DNA of 64,000 nucleotides from assembly GCA_951406725.2 (NCBI GenBank), contig OX597821.1, positions 99,634,001 to 99,698,000 on the forward strand. The letters run 5' to 3'. The notes beneath the pieces are model-generated. The model saw only the letters and a list, made by a program, of their open reading frames with translations, made no database searches and had not been told where the DNA came from. A program made the position numbers and the translations under genes. Of this stretch, positions 55,022 through 64,000 are shown piece after piece; positions within the stretch are counted from its first letter, which is position 1; each line of letters begins with the position of its first letter. The DNA comes from Octopus vulgaris (taxonomy: Eukaryota).

Positions 55022-56589
55022 AGAAAAAGAGAAATAAACAAAAGCCAGTCACTGCGTAAAGACAAATATAATCAAACAACAAAAGAAATATATCTAAGTT
55101 GTACAACGTAATTTTTTTTTTAAATAGAACCAGAGAAATTCACACCAAAGTCATATGATTGCTGTGATTTACATTGCATTGAAAAAAAAAAAAAATTTTT
55201 TTTGACTATTGCAGTGTAGTTTTTGCAGTTTGCTAAAAATGCCATAGGGCATTATAAATATCAGTCTATGTATGCAGTTGAATACAAAGAAGAATAATTG
55301 ATATATTAAGTAATTATTTATGCGCTTCATTCAGGTTGTTGAAAATAAATCCAGACTGTTTGAAATAATGATAATAATAATGGTTTCAAAATTTGGTACA
55401 AGGCCAACAATTTCAGGGAAAGAAGTAAGTTGTTTACATTGACCTCAGTAGTCAACTGGTACCAATTTTGTCGACCCTGGAAGGATGAAAGACAAAGTCG
55501 ACCTCAGCTGAATTTGAACTCAGTATGAATAGTCGCATGCTAACAATTCTGTTAGGTCATCTCCTTAATGATTAATCCTATTACAGGCAGAAAGCCTGAA
55601 ATTTTTGGGGAGGGGCAAGTCGATTACACTGATCCCCAGTACTCAACTAGTCCTTATTTTTATCAACCCCAAAAGGATGAAAGGCAAAGTCAACCTCAGC
55701 AGTATTTGAACTCAGAACATACAGACCAACTGTTGCAAAGTATTTTACCTGGGGTGCTAACAATTCTGCCAGCTCGCCTCCTTAATGTTTCTGCTATAGG
55801 TAGAAGGCATGAAATTTTGAGGGAGGGGGCTAGTTGGTTACACTGACGCCCCACCCAGTACTTGACTGGTATGTCTTTCATCAATCCTGAAAGGACAAAA
55901 AGACTTAGAACTCAGAATGCAACAACGGACTATATGTCACTAAACATTTTGTTCGACGCGCTGACGATTCTACAAGCTCGCTGCCTTAATAATTAATCAT
56001 AATCCCCTTTTTTTTGCTATAGGCAGTTTTTGGTGTGGGGCTAATCGATTACATCAGCTGGTACTTATTTTATCGACCCCAAAATGATGAAAGGTAAAGT
56101 CAACACGGTGGAATTTGAACTCAGAACGTAAAGCCAGAAGAAAGGTCGCTAAGCAACTAGCCCCGTGTGCTAATGATTCTGCCAGCTCATCGCCTTACTG
56201 CTAGAAATAATGATGATGATGATTTCAAATTTTTGCACAGGGCCAGCAGTTTTCGAGGGGAAGGTGAAGTCGATTACAACGACCCCCAGTACTTGAATGG
56301 TTCTTATTTTATCGAATCCGACAGCAAAGTCGACCTCAACGGAATAATGACAACGATAATAATAGTAATAAAACTATTATTTTTTTTTGTTAGTATTAGA
56401 GATGGAAAATAAACCCTTCAAAGATTTGGTATCGTAGAGCAGATGAAACAGTTTACACGACTGAGTTTAAAAAAAAAAAATTAAACTCTTCAATGACGTA
56501 AAGAATTGACAAATAATTAAAAAGCAGTTGTCAGTCGTCTGTCTCTATCCACCACTTCAAGGTGCGAGCTTAATTGCAGAGTGAAGTGA

Positions 56590-56665
56590 AATCACGTGTA
56601 GTTTTGCGAGATTTCAGTAGCACATGCGCATTGGCCTGTAGCAGAACAGCTCGCCATTTTATTGT
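56590..56665 (+). promoter_or_regulatory. Housekeeping-type core promoter / 5' UTR motif cluster
   Basis: Within 70 bp: E-box CACGTG (56593-56598), TTTGCGAGA, NRF1-like GCACATGCGCA (56620-56630), ATTGG as a reverse CCAAT (56630-56634) and YY1-like CGCCATTTT (56652-56660). The cluster directly precedes an ATG and splice donor. Confidence 0.7.
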
Positions 56666-56679
56666 AAAATGTGGATGAA

Positions 56680-56715
56680 ATGTCAATAATGACTTCGTTT
56701 GTCGACAACTTCTGG
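56680..56715 (+). CDS. FCHO2: First coding exon of a probable F-BAR domain only protein (FCHO1/2 family): MSIMTSFVDNFW
   Basis: GAAATG start, 12 codons and a phase-0 donor TGG|GTAAGA. The peptide resembles the human FCHO2 N-terminus MVMAYFVENFW(GEK..), recalled from memory. Exon 2 was not found in the window. Confidence 0.7.
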
Positions 56716-57660
56716 GTAAGATTTTATTTCTTTGTATATTCGAAGTATTATTGAGGATCCATAGTGATAACTGTTCTGTCTTTGAGTTAATCAAAGCTTT
56801 TAACATTTCTAATAATGCTGGGTGTAGCCTGCCTTTTTGTCTCCCACCTCAGTCTCTCTCTTGTATACATATGATGACTGTATAAGCGATGCATATATAT
56901 ATATCTATATCTATCTATCTATCTATCTCTCTATATATATATGTATGTATGTATGTGTGTGTATGTATGTATCTGTGCATGTATGTGTGTTTTATCTATT
57001 ACATGGTCCAATCATTAGACTGGACATCCTAGGGCACCGCCTCGAACTGTTTAGTCGAACAAATCGACCCAGTACTTATTTTTTTTTCTAAGCTTATTCT
57101 GTCGGCACCTCTTTGTCGAACTGCTATGGGGGACGTAAACAAACCAACACCAGTTGTCAAGCGGTGGTGGGGGACAAACACAAAGAGACACACACACACG
57201 ACGGGCTTCCTTCAGTTTCCGTCGCCAAATCCACTCACAAAGGCTTTGATTGGCCCTGTGGCCCTGCACTGTAATAAAAGAAACTTGCCCAAGGTGCCAC
57301 TCAGTGCGACCGAACCCGGAAACATGTGGCTTGGAAGCTAGCATCTTACTACTCAGCAACGCCTGCACCCTGTGTGTAAATAAAAAAATATACTAATAAT
57401 AAAACTGGACATATTCGGGACCACACCCTGACAACTTGAATTACAACTGCTAATAGACGTAGTGAAAGAGCGTACGAATAAAAACGATCCAAGGCTATAA
57501 TAGATCTCGAGACAGATATAACCATTCTTTATGAAAGCCGAACTTTTCCACTCTTTCTCTCTCTGTCTCTCGTTGGCAGTTTTGCTGAGGTGTAAAGTTT
57601 TTATCTCGTGTAAAATGTTGCTGTCCTTGTTTATGTATATGACTCGAGATTACTCGTTAA

Positions 57661-57693
<33 letters not shown>

Positions 57694-57820
57694 CAGGGTG
57701 TCCCAAAAAAATGTATACACACCTTAAATAATTGTAAATTTGTTATTCTTTGTAAGCCTAGTACTTATTCTATCGTTCTCTTTTGCCGAACCACTATGTG
57801 TATACATTTTTTGGGACACC

Positions 57821-57823
<3 letters not shown>
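57694..57823. mobile_element. 130-bp Tc1-like MITE containing a SINE-A-derived filler
   Basis: TA|CAGGGTGTCCCAAAAAAATGTATACACA ... TGTGTATACATTTTTTGGGACACCCTG|TA. 57743-57796 matches the SINE-A body. Confidence 0.85.
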
Positions 57824-57883
<60 letters not shown>

Positions 57884-58579
57884 AGCAGGATTTAAATAAA
57901 CACACATTCACATTACACACCCACTGACATGGATACGCCAAGTTGTTATAGAAATACCTATCGAAGCTTATTTCGAAAGAGAAATTACATCGTTCATATT
58001 TTTGTTATATGCCCACCCACCCCTCTTTATGATATGAAATGCATCGTTGAACAAACAAGAACAGCTTTTGCTGGTCACTAACTCCCACCTCACCTGGTTT
58101 CGTGGCCGTCATCTGTCACTGCTGTCTTTGGTCGTTTTTGATATAGCTTGGTGGGGGGGTGACGTTAAATAGTTGGTTGGCTAGTTAATGTCATCCCACT
58201 TTTTATTATTATAGTAATGCAGTGTTATGTTTCATTTCAAACCGATTGCATGTGTTTCACTAGTTTAACGCATCACTACTACATATATGTATATATATAT
58301 TCCTATTTCATTCATGTTCGTTTGAATGTTAGCACGAATATATTAATTCCAACATCCTTCTTTACATACCTCAATCAAATTTATATTTGAAAAAAGGAAA
58401 GCAGAACGAAAACAAACACATACACTCACACACGAGAAAGAGATTAGCACAAACTTCTAACTTTTCTATTAATTTTGGCACACATATATACACACACACA
58501 CATCTATCATCGAAGATACATTAATTTATTTTGTTTTACAATAGTTTAGTCTTTTTATCGATACATTAAACAAAGTTGT

Positions 58580-58750
58580 CGTTTAGCCCCAGGTCAGCTT
58601 TGTGATCCACCTTTGACCATCCCGTGTTTTATTTTTGCATATAGGACGGTTCTACATGACAAATGTATCTTATCCTTTATGGTAGATTTTGACCTGGCTA
58701 CTATTTCTTGCAAGTCGTGCGACTATCTCGTAGAGGCTCCCTCGTCGGCT
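58580..58750. repeat. Unclassified dispersed repeat family E (TTAGCCCCAGGTCAGC...GACCATCCC...GGCTGCTATTTCTAGCAGG)
   Basis: Related pieces at ~3335-3500, 3925-3995, 20890-21115, 41070-41130 and 52330-52375. Confidence 0.6.
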
Positions 58751-59884
58751 GAAAACTGTGTGAAATAGATATTTTTAGCTGTTGTTTACATAGGTTTGAA
58801 CTATTTAATTTAGGTTCCTGTAACACCTTTTGTTGTTTAACCACAGGTCAGTCCTGTTCCCGTAGAACTAGTTTGTAGCATTTTTCTGCTGCTATAGGCC
58901 CCTTTTAATGTTTATATTTATTTAGCTTGTTATCATTGAATACCATTGTACAAGGACGGGCGATATGACCAACATTTCCGCCAACTCATTCAACAATCAG
59001 GTTTCTTGTAAAACTCTGCTTTTACTGAACTTAACGACTCTAACCAGGCCATACTTAAAACATTCGTTATCCACTTGCTATACACACTAATTATATTTTC
59101 CATAATAGCAAAGTCAAACAATACTACTAGATGAATTAGAATTTATTCCCTTATTTGATCTACTCCCTCGGCTTTGTTTATGAGAGCCATTAACAAACAG
59201 TTTCGGCCAGCTTTGTTTGAAATCCGTCTTCATTTATATACTTCTACTCACTCTTCGTCCTTTTTCTCTCTCTACCTGTTGCCAGTCAAGACATTTTCCT
59301 TTGCTAGTCAAACTATTTATTGCTGTTCGTTTGCCCTACACACAATCATTTCTTTGCCAAACCTTTCTATCAGCAAAGGTTACTTGAACATAAACTATAA
59401 TGGTACATAAGATTGCTCTCTCTTTCTCTCTCTCCTAACAACGAATAATGAGGTATCAGATCAAGTTATTTTAGATTTCCGTTTCGTATAGTTTTTATTT
59501 CTATTTTTCACACACATATACGATCCTACTTAAGCCATCTCATCTGTTCATGTGATATCAGTTAGCCTATTTTCCTCTCAGACCTAGCAGTATAGAATTA
59601 AATAAGTCTCTAATAATTAATGATGCTTTATTTTATATTTTGTATTCAAAACAGTCATTGACTTGTGGCGACTATGGTTTGCTTAAAACGATCCAAACCT
59701 TCGTTTGTTGTCTGTGGTGATGTTATTTTGCTTTTTATTATATCCCGTGGAGGGAAAATAGACTCCAAAGAGAAGTACTACTGGTTAATGCTTATTTTGA
59801 ACTTTTGAAGGTTAGACGTTAAAACTAAAACATTAGCAGCGAAAGAGATCGAGAAATGGATGCAGTTTGGGAACAAGGAATATT

Positions 59885-60170
59885 ACGAGAATGCAGGGAG
59901 GGAAAAATACATATGTATAAACACACTAGTAGGATGACGGGAGATGTGAGTGCATAAGGATGCGTTTAACTGGATCGGCATAACACCAGCAAACCTAGAA
60001 CAGTTCATGATAGTAGGCGTAGAAAAGACAGTCGTCAGATGCGATCTGTACTGGATTGATTTAGTGGTTGTGAAGTGCTGGTGTATGAGGTGTTGCTTGT
60101 CAAGTGGACCAGCTGGTTTGGATCTGGCTAGAATGTGTTTGTGCATGATGGCTGTTAAAATATCTGAAAC
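59885..60170 (-). mobile_element. Decayed CR1/Jockey-group LINE ORF2 3' fragment
   Basis: Minus strand reads CLFYAYYH..CS..AG.MP...THISRHP.SVFI, resembling the LFYRYY.G.CS motif. A possible relative lies at ~40170-40330. Confidence 0.5.
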
Positions 60171-60882
60171 GTCCGTTGGTGATGAAGGATGAGAAAGTAG
60201 GTCTTGGGAGGCCAGTTTTGTTTTCGGAAGAATACGTGGTCACTATGAAAGATGAATAGAAATAAAGGGGGAAAGAGGGGAGAAAGGGAGAGGGAGCTTG
60301 CATGTCTGGAGAATGTGATGGATGGCACCGTTGTTGTTGAGATGTTTTCTTGAGATTTTTAATAATTAGTCAGATGATGAGGGGCGGTGCCCTAAACTTT
60401 GAATGCTGTCAGCTACTGGAGATGTTGATGTGGTTAACGGAGAGAAAATGTAGCAGGAAAAGATTTGTGTGTGTGCTTACTTGTATCTGCGCGTGTGTGT
60501 GTCTGTATGTGTATATATATATATATATATATCCCATGCCAGCAAGAAAGGCGGACGTCAAATGATGATATATATATATATAATTGTGTGTGTGAGTGCA
60601 TCTGTGGGTGTGTGTGCTTCTTGAAAGAAAAACTAAAAAAAAACTCTCGCAAGCTTCTGTCATGATTATGTGTGTAAACCCAATTTTCAAAGAGATGCCT
60701 GGAGTGTGACAGTTGATTATCTAAGAAGGCAGTCATAAGGGTTAGCGATCGACAGCAGCATCTGTGTGTGTGTGTTCATGTGTATATATATGTATTATAT
60801 GTATGTGTGTATATTTATGTAGATGAATGTTTGTTTACGTTTATGTAGAGAAATGTTTGACGTTAATTTGTCAAAATAGTTA

Positions 60883-60915
<33 letters not shown>

Positions 60916-62227
60916 TATGTGTGTATGTATGTGTGTGTATATATTGTTTATATGTGTATGTGTGCGTGAATGTATATTAGAAGAATATATATATATATAT
61001 ACATATATATGCATGTGTAAGGAGAAGAAGACTTCTGACATCTTGTTATCTCTGTCATGTTGCCATGAATATTCTTAATTGTCTCAGAATATTAAATACT
61101 TTCATCACACATATCTCTCCTCACTCTCATTCATGCCTTTATCACTCCTGCTTCTCACTCTAGATAAAGGTGGATGAGCAACGACAGATGTGGGCTTGTG
61201 AGACTTGTTTAGTAGTGCCATGGAAAAGTGGATGTTAAGTGGTGATGATTGTGCTTACATAAATGTGTTTATATATTAGTTTACTAGATGTAATTCAGTA
61301 CAGTCGTTTTCAATGGCTTGGGCCATGAATGCAGGACCTATTCTCTTGTCATCCCAACCAATGTTGAGTCATTGGGAGTAAATCTCTTTATCTCCAAAAT
61401 GAATGCATTTCTGAGCACATTTCATTCGCTGTAATCAATATCAAGCACAGGTACTTCTTAAAACCCAAAACAGAGAATGGTTCTTTCAGATGTGGTTGTT
61501 GTTGCAGTAGTTGGGAGTGTAATGCTTATTTGTTCTGATTAAACACCAGCACTTCTGTAGTCTCTTTACTTGTGAGGACACGGGGTATGTAGAGCAGGGG
61601 TAGTAGTGATGATTTTCTGGTTGATGTCCTCTCAGTTGCAGTTGCTTTTTGGATGTCAGTGTCTAAGAAGTAGTAGTGCTCTGACAGAATTTGACTTTCA
61701 CCACCACGTGTATATGTATATGTGTGTGTGCTTCACACACACGCACACAGAGACGATGGATTCTCTTGTCATGAACAACAAATGAAGGTTCAGTAAAATA
61801 AAGCATTAATCATGTTCTATGGACATGGATGTGTCTCTTGGGGCCTTCTGGTGCCTTGCAACCCTTTTGGTAAATGGAACCAGTTGAGGACTCAGTTTGC
61901 TTAAGTGCTTGTGAATCATTTACTATGTATTTCCTTGAGTAGATGACAAGACCTACTTTATGCTACAAAACCATACCCCCTCTTTCTCTCTCTCACTCAC
62001 ATACATTTTATAAGGGGTTGCTGAAAATTCTGGTCTTTAAAGGTATTGTGAAAGGTCTAGCCGAAAGCCCAACCTTCCAAGTTCTTCTACAGAGCTTAGA
62101 ATTACATAAAGACCATTGTACTAAGTGCGTGAATCTGAAAGGGGGAATATATGAAATAAAATCATCATTAACTGAACCTTTTTTTTTTTTACCCAAAGCC
62201 AGGAACTTTTCAGCACTCCTCATGTGA

Positions 62228-62259
<32 letters not shown>

Positions 62260-62629
62260 GATTTCACTGAGGCATAGCGATGCTAATAACCAATTGTTAG
62301 AACTCAATATACTTATGTTTTAGAGTAAAGCAATGGGTGAGTCCAGAGCATAATATTAGTTAATGAATGACAAAAGGACAAGTTATATAATCACTTTTAG
62401 CTTAGTGCTGTTTCTGCTTATTTTACTTGGCTCTGAGGAAACTATAGACTGTTACACAACCATTCAACTCAGAGTGCACTGTTTCTTATTGTAGAAACAG
62501 GTGTAAGCTAATTTAAGTAATTATATAACTTCTGTTCATTTTGGTAGTCATTTTACACATATCTAACTAAGATTGGTTTTGAACATTATTGGCCCAGAGA
62601 ATGACTAACTTAATAGCACCTCTTGGAGA

Positions 62630-63020
62630 GGTCCTTTAAATCATGTTTTGGGACACCATGGACCACTTGAGCAAAAAGTTGTTGTTAACTGAGATGTATC
62701 CCAGTGTTGCTGATTTGTCTAGTACTTCTTGGAGGAATCTGCCCAGATACTGTTTGAATGTTGTGGGGTCATCTCCTATTTTAATATTTTTTTGGGATGG
62801 CATTGAATAAAACAGGATCATTTGAAGTAAAAAAAAGTTGTAATGCAAGATTCCTACATAATGCAAACTCTACTTTTGTCGGGGACACATGGCATGGAGG
62901 CCTAGCCTTGGGTGACTCATAAACTCAATACTGACATCGTTTGGATAATATTTGGGAATATTTCCCACATTGTACAAATAATATAGCACCCATCGTGGCA
63001 CTGGAGAGACTAGAGTTTCA
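62630..63020 (-). mobile_element. Decayed CR1-like LINE 3' fragment
   Basis: LFNAIP, FKQYLGRFLQEVLDK...GY...N.L..W. Confidence 0.6.
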
Positions 63021-63092
63021 ACCTTTTGATCTCTTAAGACAAGTTATAAATAATGGTCATTACATATTTTTCATTCATAAAGGAAAAATATA

Positions 63093-63496
63093 TTCTCTTT
63101 TACTCTTTTACTGGTTTCAGTCATTTGACTGCGGCCATGCTGGAGCACCGCCTTTAGTCGAGCAAATTGACCCCAGGACTTATTCTTTGCAAGCCCAGTA
63201 CTTATTCTATCGGTCTCTTTTGCCGAACCGCTAAGTTATGAGGACGTAAACACACCAGCATCGGTTGTCAAGCAATGCTAGGGGGACAAACACAGAGACA
63301 CAAACATACACACACACACATATATATATATACGACGGGCTTCTTTCAGTTTCCGTCTACCAAATCTACTCACAAGGCATTGGTTGGCCCGAGGCTATAG
63401 TAGAAGACACTTGCCCAAGGTGCCACGCAGTGGGACTGAACCCGGAACCATGTGGCTGGTAAGCAAGGTACTTACCACACAGCCACTCCTGCGCCT
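63093..63496 (-). mobile_element. SINE family A, young near-consensus copy
   Basis: Complete from head to tail with CpGs largely intact. Confidence 0.9.
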
Positions 63497-64000
63497 ATAT
63501 ATTGACCATCATTTATAACTTGTCTTATATATCTCTCTGTGTAAAAACCAATTTGTCTGGAGCCCAAGAATACTTGGAGTTCTTCACTGAGACCCCCTTC
63601 GGTCAGACACTGACCATGGGCTTGCACCTAGAAAGTTACTCTCTGAGGCACAAGTCTGGGCAAGGTTGTTTATGGAAGACCAGCAGTCGCTCATGCATAC
63701 CAGCATGGAGGAATGTGAAATAAAGTATCTTGCTTAAGAACACAACATGCAGTCCGGTCTGGGATTCGAACTCACAACCTCACGATTGTAAGCTCGACAC
63801 TCTAACCACTGAGCCATACAATATTGTTAGCCTGGTGTGCCAATAGAGTTTATGAAGTATTTTGCCCAGATTGATAATCCTTCACTATTAGCTATATATA
63901 TATAGCTAATAGTAAAGGATTATCAATCTAGGAAAATACTATATATATATTTCGTATTTGGAAAATTACTCTCCCCAGACACAACACTATATATATATAT

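Noticed and set aside
56597-56657. Minus-strand AAAATGGCG start (MASCSATGQCACATEISQNYT*) as a divergent gene
   Set aside because: It stops after 21 codons with no donor site. Better explained as the YY1-like motif of the plus-strand promoter.
59883-60303. Overlapping ORFs as FCHO exon 2 or a nested gene
   Set aside because: No GEK..GFDVL motif; the sequence resembles a decayed LINE on the minus strand.

Overview
This is AT-rich animal genomic DNA, dense in microsatellites and retroposons. The repeat families look like those of an octopus or other coleoid cephalopod (recognised from memory, not by search). Nearly all supplied ORFs are read-throughs of (TA)n/(CA)n/(GAT)n tracts, SINEs or dead transposons. 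The window holds at least three tRNA-headed SINE families and fossil CR1, RTE and Penelope-like retroelements. It also holds Tc1/mariner (including DD41D rosa-like), piggyBac-like, PHIS-like and Helitron-like DNA elements. Two host-gene signals are missed by the ORF track. (1) A housekeeping-type promoter at ~56.6 kb is followed by a 36-nt first coding exon (MSIMTSFVDNFW|GTAAGA) matching the N-terminus of FCHO1/2 F-BAR proteins, inside a CpG-retaining zone. (2) A tentative chain of 7-8 very short + strand exons between ~9.5 and 36.9 kb splices in phase into an unrecognised ~135-aa protein ending in a stop and AATAAA. No prokaryotic system, CRISPR array, rRNA or intact tRNA gene was seen. All calls are by eye, and repeat boundaries are approximate.
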